Positions 32,852 through 47,012 of a stretch of DNA of 64,000 bases are shown one piece after another. Both the position numbers and the translations under genes were made by a program. Under the pieces are notes generated by a model, which was given only the letters and a program-made list of their open reading frames with translations, ran no database searches and was not told where the DNA came from. Origin of the DNA: Eledone cirrhosa (lineage: Eukaryota); contig OZ024742.1 in NCBI GenBank assembly GCA_964016885.1, positions 159,340,001 to 159,404,000 of the forward strand, written 5' to 3'. The number at the start of each line of letters is the position of its first letter. The first letter of the stretch is position 1.

Positions 32852-33711
32852 ATTTATATATGTGTATATATATATGTATGTATATATATGGTCGCGTGCG
32901 TGCGTGTGATTAGATGTACATGTATATATATATATATGTGCTTCGTGTGTATGTATGCGCGCTTTTGTATGTGTGTACGCTTGTATGTGCTTTTGTCTGT
33001 ACGTATGTATATATATATGTGTGTGTACGAAGCTCTGTATGTTTTCTATTTTTTCTAGTGTTACTTTATAATTGATAACCCCTCCCACTTACTTTCTCTT
33101 TGATTTAATTTTTTTATTCTCATATATGTTTTCATTTTTTCATTTTCATATTTTATATTTTCTTATATATGAATCGACCTTCAGCCTGACACTGCTTTGA
33201 CTGATACACTCCCTTCCCTGTATATATCACATGCATGTATGTGGTTGCGCGTGTGTGTGTTTATACGCGTGCTTTCATACTTGTATGTGTATATATTTCA
33301 ATCCTTAGTCCCTGAGTCTGTATGTACGCTAACTCTATTATCTTACAATTTCTTTTTTCAACATATATTATATACGTATTTGTGGTCACACATACACTGA
33401 TATGCTTGCCCTCATGTATGTACTTACGCACACATTTTTTCACTATACACATGCATTTGTACATACACACATATGTACATTTATACACATACCATTACTA
33501 TATTTCCTTATTTTATTTTTTATATATCTCTTGCATTACTTTTATCTATATGTCTTTGCCCGTTAAACTTTTGCCTTTCTTGAGGAGATTTTTCAAATAT
33601 TTCACTGTTTTAAATTGCCTTGTCTGACGAACGAATGAGAACGTTTCTTGTATTCGTCTTATTCGGGAAACCTCTGGTAATGAGGTAATTATATTGTATT
33701 GTTTATTATAC

Positions 33712-33714
<3 letters not shown>
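30491..33714 (+). mobile_element. 5'-truncated PLE (GIY-YIG end only) between ~1.15-kb inverted arms (30569-31705 / 32522-33714)
   Basis: ~31826-32305 encodes SCSCRVKSECPLQGKC..IVYAAKV..YVGMTQDKFKTRYYSH..CALCISEK. The arms are reverse complements. An HHR lies in the arm. Confidence 0.85.
33618..33685 (+). ncRNA. Type I hammerhead ribozyme in the PLE pLTR (mirror copy 30598-30665 has CUAACGA)
   Basis: Stem I CCTTGT/ATGAGG, core CTGACGA, stem II CGAATGAGA/TCTTATTCG, GAAA, stem III CC-TCT-GG, GUA cleavage triplet. Confidence 0.75.
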
Positions 33715-33800
<86 letters not shown>

Positions 33801-34218
33801 GATGTCAACATGACTGAACCTATTATTTTTATCTAAAGACCTTTTTTCCAATTCCATCTCGCCCGTCCCCCCCAATCTATCTTATTTCTCATTCTTTCCT
33901 CCTGATGAAGGACTAGCGTCCTAAACGTTAAGACCCTCATCCTGCTATATCAAGCGTTAACCTAACATATCCTTTCCATATACCGATTGTGTTGTTATTT
34001 CTGTTTACCTTTTACATACATATATACATATATATATACTTATATATATATATATATATATAATTATATATATATATGTTCATGCATATGTATATGGGTG
34101 TATTGATATGTGTATGTATGTATTACCTAGCGTGCACCTCAAGAGATAAAGAAAGCCAATAAAGAAAGAAAATAAAAAAGGTGAAAATAGATATCCATAT
34201 ATATATATATATATATAT

Positions 34219-34314
<96 letters not shown>

Positions 34315-34568
34315 GGCGGGGTAACGATATGTCAAAGTTAAATTTGTCTGAGGCAGAATAGGATATGGAACGGTGGGGAGGAATGTGAGAGCAATTTACC
34401 TTACGTGTTATCGTATTTTTAGCCTTTTATGTTTTCCTAAGTTGTAATATAAATCTGTTATTTTTTAGTTAGCATGTTAATAAATATATCTGGAAAAATA
34501 GAGTAGTTGGAATTATATTAAGACGTTACTGTCATCGTTTTGTATCTATCTATCTATTATATATATAT

Positions 34569-34812
34569 ACTAGCCGAATTATCTGCGCCTTGCTGCGTTT
34601 AAATTTCATATAAATCGAAGGGAAAACATTTTCAGTGGGGGTTTGTGTCCCCGGGGAACTCTTTCATTAAAATGAAATATACTTATCCAAGTACCCTGGG
34701 CAACGTAATTTTAGAATATATATGGATATGGGGTCTATCTCCAAGACTATAGGAGGAGTTCGTGAACAAACAAACAAATAAACAAATAGGAACTACAACT
34801 TTATATTATATA
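34569..34812 (-). mobile_element. Probable non-autonomous Helitron; similar 5' ends at 1-67 (-) and ~49506-49570 (+)
   Basis: Minus strand starts TATAATATAAAG..(TTTG)n and ends ..CGCAGCAAGGCGCAG..GGCTAGT (GC-rich subterminal stretch plus CTAG). Confidence 0.5.
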
Positions 34813-35011
34813 TATATATATAGGAACGAGTAAGACCCCGACGGCTGAGCTCAGGCCGTTTCAACGGCTAATTCCGTACAGAATTAGCCGTCGAAACGGC
34901 CTGAGCTCAGCCGTCGGGATCTTACTTGTTCCTATTACCCACTGTACTACCCTAAGTATTGAGTACTTTGGTGCGTTATGGTCCACCTGGTTCCTTACCA
35001 CATTTCCTTCG

Positions 35012-35091
<80 letters not shown>

Positions 35092-35547
35092 AGTGTAATT
35101 TTCTACACAAAACGAAGGTTATAGAGAAAATTGAGGTTGGTAATGGCACATGGAATATATAAGAGACAGAATACTTTTTTGTGAAAAAACATAATTTTAT
35201 AAGGTAAGGAAATAATAAAGGGTATAAAAAATGACCGGTTTCGATGGGTCTGCAAAAGCCATCTTTTCAAATGTTGATTAATATTAAGAAAAATTAATAA
35301 TACGAAGAGTTAAAATTTGAGACTTGAAAATTCAAGTATAAAATTCATTGTGGGATTTCATAGCAGTTTTCATCTAGGTAGCAACAACAGGTTGACTGCT
35401 GTGTCCCTTTCTGGTAGTGAATGAGAAGTTATTTGGGGTGTGGGTTATTTTATAAAGGTCAGATTTAGCAATAGCCAGCTGCTGGTCAGTGAGGGGGTGG
35501 AAGCAATATACACACACATACCTTCATCCACACATACATACACATAC

Positions 35548-35590
<43 letters not shown>

Positions 35591-35651
35591 CACACATACA
35601 TACACACACACATACATATACATACACACACACACACACATATATACACAT

Positions 35652-35712
<61 letters not shown>

Positions 35713-35751
35713 TATATATACATACACATACATCCAGATACACACATACAT

Positions 35752-35837
<86 letters not shown>

Positions 35838-36557
35838 CCCCACACATACATACACACACACATATATATATATATACATACACACATACAAACATACACA
35901 CACACATATATATACACACATACACACACATATATATACACACACACACGCACACACATGCATATATATATATATATACACATACGCATACATCCAGATA
36001 CCCACATACATACACACACACACACACACACGCACACACAATACATACATCCACATGCACACACATACTCACACACACACACACACACATACATACACCC
36101 ACACACAGAGAAATGGCCTTCAAATATATATATATATATATACATACAGACACATATATTTTTTCCATAATATAAGAAGTTGGGGCAGTGAAATTAAAAT
36201 AATTCTGTGTGCGCATATATATATAGATATACGCGTGTGCACGTGCAGGGTTTAACATGGATGTGTTGAAATCACAACAGAACTTACCCACAACCACACC
36301 AGACATCACCCTCAATCCAACAAAAGACAACCCCCCAGCCTCAACACTCTGTACCACAGAAATAACGCACCCAGACCACATGAACCAACAACAGAACCCT
36401 TGCTCATCAACAACCACAACACATACCACCCCCACCATCACATTCACCCTCATGAAACAACAAGCTACAGACCCACACGCAACAGACCAACAAAATATAA
36501 TCACACACAAAACTACATTCCTTTTTTAGGGAAAAGCCTAAAATACCAGGATACTCG

Positions 36558-38834
36558 ATGGCCCCCCCTCAGGAGAAACCAAAAATAATCAACCTCTCAA
36601 AGACACCTCTAACCAACACACAAATCAACATTTTAAGTAAGGGCCTGAAATTTACACCTACACCACGTAAACCAAACTTCCCCGAAATGAAGGATGACAT
36701 CATGGAATACTGCCGAAAGCTGCGACTAACGGAATTCTTCCACAACGACACCAACACTGAAGACGAATCACTGGTTAGAAATAAAAGCAATTTCTGCCCA
36801 CAAAAGGGAAGAAATAAAGCACTGGACACGTACTGCGAACACATCACCAACTTTCCCTATGAAACAATTACAAATAAACACACGAAATCAAACCTATCTA
36901 CACACGAATGGGAAGAATTATTCACACTTAGAAACAACCCTGAGATAACTATCAAAGAAGCCGATAAAGGCAGTACTGTTGTGATTATGAATACGGACTA
37001 CTATAGGACCCTCGCACTTAACATTTTAGAAAACAACACATACTATGAAAAAACAGAAAACTACAAACACACCAAAACAATGGGGAACCTTTTGACCTTA
37101 CTGAATAAATACCGCAACAGCTTAACCACAAAAGAGTTTAACTATATAAGCCACTTCAAATGCAATACAAGCTCTTTTTACGGCTTACCGAAACTTCACA
37201 AATGTAAACCCATAAACGATGCATGTGACACCTCAACCAACAATTACATTGAACTAACACCACCAGAAGACCTAAAACTCAGGCCAATTATAGCAGGCCC
37301 TACATGTGAAACCCACAGACTTAGCAACTTTCTGGACATCCTACTGAAACCCTTTCTACAACATATACAGAGCTACATACGAGATGACCTTGACATGCTG
37401 AAACACCTCCCTAAAACAGTAAGTGCAAATACAATTCTTGTCTCCTTTGACGTAATAAACCTCTACACAAACATACCTCACAACTATGGAATAACAGCAG
37501 TCCAATACTGGCTTAACACACACCCATCAGAAATACCGACACGCATCAACACAGATTTTATCACTGACGGACTCCGCTTTATCCTACAAAATAACTACTT
37601 CACATTCAATGGTTCAACATACAGACAAGTATCAGGTACGGCAATGGGCACGAAAGTAGCACCCACATATGCCAACCTAGTCATGGGATTCCATGAACAA
37701 CAAATATACAGTCAGTCCCTTCTCTTATTTGGAGACTCTTTCCACACACACCTCAAAGCCAATTGGAAAAGATATCTAGACGACTGCTTTATCCTATGGC
37801 AAGAAGACATGAACTCACTTACTACGTTTAAAAACATGATAAACAACATAGATAATAACATACAATTCACAATGGAATCCAATCCTAAGGAATTAGCCTT
37901 CTTGGATATTCTCATCTCTGTAATAGACGGGAAATTAGATACAGATATATTCTATAAACCCACAGATTCCAAGCAATACCTCTTTTTCACATCAAGTCAC
38001 CCAAAACATACAAAACTTAACATTCCTTACAATTTGGCCAAACGTATATGTACCATAGTATCAGATCCACCTAAACGGGAGCAAAGACTAAAGGAACTAA
38101 AAGACACCCTTATCTTAAGAGCCTTTCCACTTGAAATAATCAACAATGGAATAGACAGGGCAAAACACCTAAATCCCCATCAACTTAACAATCCAAAACA
38201 GAAAACCACACTCAACACCCTGCCATATGTATCCACTTTCAACCCCAGAAATACCGAAATGTTTGATCACCTACACAAAAACCTCCCCATCCTACTTAAA
38301 GATGTAAAAATGAAGTCTATTCTTGAAACACACAAGATCCTTAAAAGTAAAAGACAACCCAAATCACTTAAACGCATTCTCACTGGACCAAATATACCCA
38401 AACCAATCCTCAACCCTACAGTTACCAAATGTGGTAGAACAAACTGTGGAACGTGCCTCTACCTCACTGAAGGACAAACATTTACATTCAAAGATGGCCA
38501 AACATTTACAGTAAAAAACAATTTCACCTGCAACTCGGAGAACTTGATTTACGCAATAACTTGCGGTGGGTGCAAACACAACTACATAGGACAGACGGGC
38601 ACCTCATTACGCAAAAGAATGACCATCCACCGCCAACAAATCCGGGACGCTAACACAAGAAAAATCCCCTTGAGCAGCCATATTGCGAACTGCGCAGGAA
38701 TGACACTACCCAACTTTAAAATCTTCCCCTTCTACAAGTGCTCAGATTCGTTCACACAACAACAAAGAATAAACAAAGAAAATCTATTCCTTAACAAATT
38801 TAAACCAAAACTAAACGGGTTATCACCCCAATAG
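36558..38834 (+). CDS. Intact Penelope-like element protein: RT + C-terminal GIY-YIG endonuclease (Neptune-type Cys linker)
   Basis: 758 aa with no stops. Motifs IKEADKG, FYGLPKLHK, LRPII, SFDVINLYTNIP, GTAMG..APTYANL, RYLDDCF, FLD, KCGRTNCGTC and NLIYAITCxxC..YIGQT..RKRMTIH. Confidence 0.93.
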   Translation: MAPPQEKPKIINLSKTPLTNTQINILSKGLKFTPTPRKPNFPEMKDDIMEYCRKLRLTEFFHNDTNTEDESLVRNKSNFCPQKGRNKALDTYCEHITNFPYETITNKHTKSNLSTHEWEELFTLRNNPEITIKEADKGSTVVIMNTDYYRTLALNILENNTYYEKTENYKHTKTMGNLLTLLNKYRNSLTTKEFNYISHFKCNTSSFYGLPKLHKCKPINDACDTSTNNYIELTPPEDLKLRPIIAGPTCETHRLSNFLDILLKPFLQHIQSYIRDDLDMLKHLPKTVSANTILVSFDVINLYTNIPHNYGITAVQYWLNTHPSEIPTRINTDFITDGLRFILQNNYFTFNGSTYRQVSGTAMGTKVAPTYANLVMGFHEQQIYSQSLLLFGDSFHTHLKANWKRYLDDCFILWQEDMNSLTTFKNMINNIDNNIQFTMESNPKELAFLDILISVIDGKLDTDIFYKPTDSKQYLFFTSSHPKHTKLNIPYNLAKRICTIVSDPPKREQRLKELKDTLILRAFPLEIINNGIDRAKHLNPHQLNNPKQKTTLNTLPYVSTFNPRNTEMFDHLHKNLPILLKDVKMKSILETHKILKSKRQPKSLKRILTGPNIPKPILNPTVTKCGRTNCGTCLYLTEGQTFTFKDGQTFTVKNNFTCNSENLIYAITCGGCKHNYIGQTGTSLRKRMTIHRQQIRDANTRKIPLSSHIANCAGMTLPNFKIFPFYKCSDSFTQQQRINKENLFLNKFKPKLNGLSPQ

Positions 38835-39384
38835 AATTGTCATAAAATATAAACACACATACGCACGGAATCACTACTATTAAAGACCAGAGACCAATTC
38901 TGTAGAATCAGGTTTATTCATTGACAGACCATGCCTTTGTGTGACCAACACATCCATGTTAAACCCTGCACGTGCACACACGTATATCTATATATATATG
39001 CGCACACAGAATTATTTTAATTTCACTGCCCCAACTTCTTATATTATGGAAAAAATATATGTGTCTGTATGTATATATATATATATATATTTGAAGGCCA
39101 TTTCTCTGTGTGTGGGTGTATGTATGTGTGTGTGTGTGTGTGTGAGTATGTGTGTGCATGTGGATGTATGTATTGTGTGTGCGTGTGTGTGTGTGTGTGT
39201 GTATGTATGTGGGTATCTGGATGTATGCGTATGTGTATATATATATATATATGCATGTGTGTGTGTGTGTGTGTGTATATATATGTGTGTGCATGTGTGT
39301 ATATATATGTGTGTGTGTGTGTGTGTGTATGTTTGTATGTGTGTATGTATATATATATATGTGTGTGTGTATGTATGTGTGGGG

Positions 39385-39468
<84 letters not shown>

Positions 39469-39507
39469 ATGTATGTGTGTATCTGGATGTATGTGTATGT
39501 ATATATA

Positions 39508-39562
<55 letters not shown>

Positions 39563-39623
39563 ATGTGTATATATGTGTGTGTGTGTGTGTATGTATATGT
39601 ATGTGTGTGTGTATGTATGTGTG

Positions 39624-39666
<43 letters not shown>

Positions 39667-39940
39667 GTATGTGTATGTATGTGTGGATGAAGGTATGTGT
39701 GTGTATATTGCTTCCACCCCCTCACTGACCAGCAGCTGGCTATTGCTAAATCTGACCTTTATAAAATAACCCACACCCCAAATAACTTCTCATTCACTAC
39801 CAGAAAGGGACACAGCAGTCAACCTGTTGTTGCTACCTAGATGAAAACTGCTATGAAATCCCACAATGAATTTTATACTTGAATTTTCAAGTCTCAAATT
39901 TTAACTCTTCGTATTATTAATTTTTCTTAATATTAATCAA

Positions 39941-39984
39941 CATTTGAAAAGATGGCTTTTGCAGACCCATCGAAACCGGTCATT
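39941..39984 (+). ncRNA. Degenerate hammerhead ribozyme in the PLE pLTR (mirror copy at ~35230-35273, minus)
   Basis: TTGAAAA (vs CTGANGA) - GATGG..CCATC stem II - GAAA - CCGG palindrome - TC. Confidence 0.55.
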
Positions 39985-40086
39985 TTTTATACCCTTTATT
40001 ATTTCCTTACCTTATAAAATTATGTTTTTTCACAAAAAAGTATTCTGTCTCTTATATATTCCATGTGCCATTACCAACCTCAATTT

Positions 40087-40133
<47 letters not shown>

Positions 40134-40135
40134 GT

Positions 40136-41149
40136 GGAAAAAATGAAACGAAATTTCATTTCATTTCACACTCTTATTACGGCTGTTACTTAAATATAAG
40201 TATGTATACGTACATACAAATATGTATTCAGACGTACAGTAGTGTGTATATATATATATATATATATATACATGCACATATATATATATATATGTACGTA
40301 TGGATTTACCGAACATTTATTATAATGCTCGGTTTGTTTGTAAACAAACATCCCGAATTAAGCCGTACAGTCTTTAGAAACCATCGTTACCCTTTTGTTC
40401 AACACTGACAAAGGAACGATGTACTAGTTTCAAGCTTATTAGCTATCGTCAGCACCGTATACCTTCCTGCCAGATGATTGAACGTCTGAAAGTATATACT
40501 TTCCTTATGCATATTAACGGCTGAGTTCCTTTGTCAGTGTTGAACAAAAGGACAACGATGGTTGCTAAACACTGTACGGCTTAATTCGGGATGTTTGTTT
40601 ACAAACAAACCGAGCATTATAATAAATGTTCGGTAAATCCATATGTACATATATATATGTGTACATGTATGTATATATATACACACTACTGTACGTCTGT
40701 ATACATATATGTATGTACGTATACATACTTATGTTTAAGTAACAGCCGTACTAAGGGTGACAAATGAAATGAAATTTCGTTTCATTTTTTCCATTTATCA
40801 TTTTCGGTGCGCCCGGCCGATTAACTCACTCGTAATGCTACTCAGCCGTTAATATGCATAAGGAATGTATATACTTTCAGACGTTCAATCATCTGGCAGG
40901 AAGGTATACGGTGCTGACGATAGCTAATAAGCTTGAAACTAGTACATCGTTCCTTTGTCAGTGTTGAACAAAAGGGCAACGATGGTTGCTAAACACTGTA
41001 CGGCTTAATTCGGGATGTTTGTTTACAAACAAACCGAGCCTTATAATAAATGTTCGGTAAATCCATACGTATATATATGTGTGCATGTATGTATATATAT
41101 ATATACTACTGTACGTCTGTATACATATATGTATGTACGTATACATACT

Positions 41150-41150
<1 letters not shown>
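40136..41150. mobile_element. HHR-bearing repeat family A, locus 1 (inverted arm plus ~1.5 tandem monomers, period 424 nt)
   Basis: Minus-sense arm 40136-40525, plus-sense arm 40526-41150. HHRs at 40412-40468 (-) and 40898-40954 (+). Flanked by (TA)n. Confidence 0.85.
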
Positions 41151-41182
<32 letters not shown>

Positions 41183-41330
41183 GATGGGAAGAGGGGTTGT
41201 GTGGTTATGATAACGGGTGTTAGAAGGTAAGGAGACACAAACAAGAGGTGGACAGTCTCCCTTCGTCATCAGTAGTTAACTACGGATCACGGATAAATAT
41301 GGTTCTATAAAGATATTTCCATTTATTAAT

Positions 41331-41374
<44 letters not shown>

Positions 41375-41438
41375 AGCGCGAACTCGCCATCTTATAGATA
41401 TCACATTTGTCTTGATACATAGTGTGTGTGCGTGTGTC

Positions 41439-41483
<45 letters not shown>

Positions 41484-42007
41484 CAAAAGGAATAAGTTGT
41501 AAGTTCAAGTGGATAAAGTTATGATAGCAATTTTCAAGTTCAATGTAATTCGACAATGAGTAAAGAGAACGAATAATGCTTCTGTAATCAGGATTTAAAC
41601 TTCGAGTAATCTAGTATTGATGTTGTACGGATATAGGTGCACAGCGCTTTTAAGTAATAAATACACAAGAATAATGAAAAAATTATAGCGATTTTATTAG
41701 TTTTTAACGTGTCGCAGCAAGAAGGAATATGAAATAAGGAAATAGTAAATATTTCATGTTTAAATTGCATTTTACTAAATAAGAATAAATCCATTCACTG
41801 AAATCTGCGCATTAAATCGATTACCTTATCAACCAATTTGCATAACTCGCATACCTTCAGAGACATTATAATGTATAAAAATGAAGGAATAGGCTATCTC
41901 CTGGAGAAATACATACGAGCCTCACAATATCCTTGTAAAGGACTCTAAAGGGATGTAATTTTATGCTGCGAAGTATGGAGCCCGACGTTCTATCGATAAT
42001 ATTAAAA

Positions 42008-43502
42008 ATAATAATAATAATAATAATAATAATGATTTCTTTATTGGTCACAAGGGCTGAGATCAAGAAAAACATTACAGACGGCACAGGACGGTACGAT
42101 GTGGGTTTTGTGCGTGTAAAGATTTTTATTATTTATATAAGAAACGAAAAAGAAAAAAGACATAGAAACATATATATATATAAACAATAAAAATGAAAAT
42201 TCAAACAATGAAAAATTCCCCAATAGGGGGGGAGACTTCCGAGGGTTACTCGTGGCAAAAACCACACAAAAGACCACGGCCACCCTGACCATCAGGGCAA
42301 GCGCCCTCTCTCAATTTTTTCCCATTCCTCAAACTACAAGCGTATATTCAGAGCGGTCCCGTTCACTCGGACCATTCTCACTATATTCACCCACCTTTCA
42401 ACAAACTTGCTAGAAGACAGCACTTGCCTCTCCACCCTAATTTTTCTCTTCAAGTGAAACTTGAAAAAGTTAATCAGGGATTCGCCGAAGAGGAAAATGT
42501 CTGTCTTTAACCCTTTCAACCTTGTCCACCACACAATCTCTTTCGCCATGGCCACCAGGCAGATGAAAACCGCCTGCCCTTCCTCCTCGAAGGAAGACGG
42601 CGAGACCATCTGCACAATGGACTCAGTCGATAACCGGATCTATCCTACACGCGACAGCAACTGTTCGACATAGCTCCACAAGTCAGCAATGCCCGGGCAC
42701 TGAACGAGTGCGTGCACGACGGTTTCGTCGCTCTGTGCGCATCTCGGACAGGCTCGGCTGACGGCACTTCCGTGCCTGTAGAGCTTATCTCGAACCAGCA
42801 ATGCTCCCCGGTAGCACTGCCAGGCCAGGAATTTCTGGAAGTTATCCATAGGCCCTGGACTGAAAGATCTGCGGAAGAGAACAAACAGCTGATTTTCTTC
42901 GACGCCCAGGATCTCTCCGAGAACGTCGTCGCTATTCCCCTCCACTAGTCCTCTATAGAACGCCGAGGTGGATGTTCCACCGATACTAGTTCCCAGCTGG
43001 CAGAGGGCAGTAAGCGCCTGGAGACATTCCAATTTCTAAGCGCTATCCCTCGGTCTTTTCTTGACCCAGGACTGCAGTTCCGTCAAGGAGACGAGCTGTG
43101 GGAAAACGTGCCTGGCGAACGGCGACCACACATGTTCACCGTCAAGGAAGCACCAGAGATGTCGCAGACTCAGCGCATGTTTGCGCATCATCAGCCATGG
43201 CATGCCCAGTCCTCCACGCAACAGATGTTGACAGCAAATGGATCGACTGACCATGGGAGCGCGTCCCTTCCACAAAAAGCGGAAGACGGGGCGCTCCATT
43301 TTGGTGAGAGTTGGGCCGGGGCAAGGGACGACGGTGAGGCGGTAGCAGATGACGGATGCGATGTACGCATTCACCACCTCCTCCCGGCCTTTCAGGGATA
43401 GCTTCCTCTCGGCCCATTTCTGGGTGAGGGAGGCCACACTGCTCGTCACCTCGCTCCAGTTTTTCTCCATCTGGAGGCTCGGTTCGAACCAGACCCCGAG
43501 CA
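42008..43502 (-). mobile_element. 5'-truncated second copy of the same Tx1/L1 family
   Basis: ORFs 43036-43503, 42640-43032 and 42334-42615 closely match ORF2 of the 7990-13212 copy (SLTQKWAERKLSLKGR, RACPRCAQ). Same AATAAAGAAATC(ATT)n 3' end. Confidence 0.92.
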
Positions 43503-43719
43503 ATAATAATTGTTTCTACCTTTGGCACAAGGCCAGCAATTATCTCAGTGTATTACTGGTACCTTATTTTATCGACCCTGTAAGGATGAAAGACAAAGTT
43601 AACCTCGGCGAGATTTGAACTCAGACCATAAAGGGCCGTAACTCTTTGCTGCAAAGCATTTTGTCTGACCCTCTACCGATAATGCAAATCCACCGCCCCG
43701 AGCAATAATAATAATAATA

Positions 43720-43970
43720 GAAAACGATCAGGTGAAGGTGCTATGGGATTTTAGGATGCAGACGGACAAGAAATTAGAACACAATAGGCCTGACCTGGTG
43801 GTTTTGGACAAGAAAAAAGATCGTGCCTGATTATAGATGTAGCCAAACGTATCAGAGATTGGCCAATACTTGGACAGTTTGCCTTCTTCGGCCTGTCGGG
43901 TTGCACAGCATGGGCTGGTAGCCGAACGCATCAGGTTTCCCCTAGAGAATGTGTCACACTATGTAGCATC
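43720..43970. mobile_element. Two abutting REL-LINE fragments: Dong-like (+, ~43720-43845) and CRE-like (-, ~43855-43970)
   Basis: Plus translation IENDQVKVLWDFRMQTDKKLEHNRPDLVVLD. Minus ORF 43728-43931 contains RQAEEGKLSKY, matching the 24.1-kb CRE copy. Confidence 0.7.
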
Positions 43971-44668
43971 TATTTATTTACTAGTTTATCCTTCTAAAAT
44001 TTTGATAACTTTATTTTTTCTACATATTATTATTCTTTTCTACTAGAATTTTTTTCCATTCGTTTTTTTTTTCTGCTTCTATTTGATTGTTGAATTTTAA
44101 TAATTATTCTTTTATCTTTCACCATTTATTTATATTTCTCAGTCCATACATCCAATTGATGCGTTTCATACTCCGTGTATATCTTAAAAATAAAGATTAT
44201 AGTTTATTGTTTCTGACAGAGACGGTCAGATGAATCTAGGATATCGAGACTAGTAATATGTGGTGGTGTAACAACTATCTATTAGTCAATATATCGATTT
44301 ATCATGATCAAACAACCCTCTGAGACGAACGTAAAACAATGTACTAATTAAGAACCTATCTTTGCTTTTTGTTTTATTTCATTGTTCAACACACACAGAT
44401 ACACACACAGATAGACAGACAGACACATACACACACACACATAGCTTGGCGCCGTTGTCAGGGGTTATACCTGTCTCTATACCCACTCTGTATCTCCCCA
44501 TTCATTGAACACTCCCATGATTTGTAATCTCCTCGGTGTCAGCACAGTGCTGACACCGAGGAGACCACTAATCATGGGAGTATTCACTTGGTGCGCAGTC
44601 GGGATCTTACATCTCTCTCTCTCTCTCTCTCTCTCCACACACACACATATATATATATATACATAAAC

Positions 44669-46652
<1,984 letters not shown>

Positions 46653-46653
46653 C

Positions 46654-46711
<58 letters not shown>

Positions 46712-46718
46712 CAATATA

Positions 46719-46750
<32 letters not shown>

Positions 46751-46954
46751 GCAAAGAAAGTGTGGTAAGAAACCAGCTGGACCATAACGCACCAGAGTAC
46801 TCGATACTTAGGGTAGTAGAGTGGGTAATAGGAAAAGAGCCAGGGCCCTGACTGATGAGCTCCGGCCGGTTCGACAGCTCGGATCTAGTTGTTGAAACGG
46901 CCGGTGCTCAGCCATCAGGGTCCTGACTATTTTCCTATATATATATATATGCGC

Positions 46955-47012
<58 letters not shown>

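Larger units (their letters stand above)
35088..40091 (+). mobile_element. Neptune-type PLE flanked by ~1.15-kb inverted pseudo-LTR arms (35123-36268 / 38946-40091)
   Basis: The arms are reverse complements, including their internal microsatellite. Both ends abut (TA)n/(TC)n. An HHR remnant lies in each arm. Confidence 0.88.

Noticed and set aside
36510-36560. Splice acceptor (TTCCTTTTTTAG) upstream of the PLE ORF, suggesting a PLE intron
   Set aside because: No donor could be identified because the 5' end is replaced by the inverted arm. A frameshift in the C-run explains it equally well.
41255-41275. CTGATGA on the minus strand
   Set aside because: No stem II-GAAA follows, so at most a truncated remnant.
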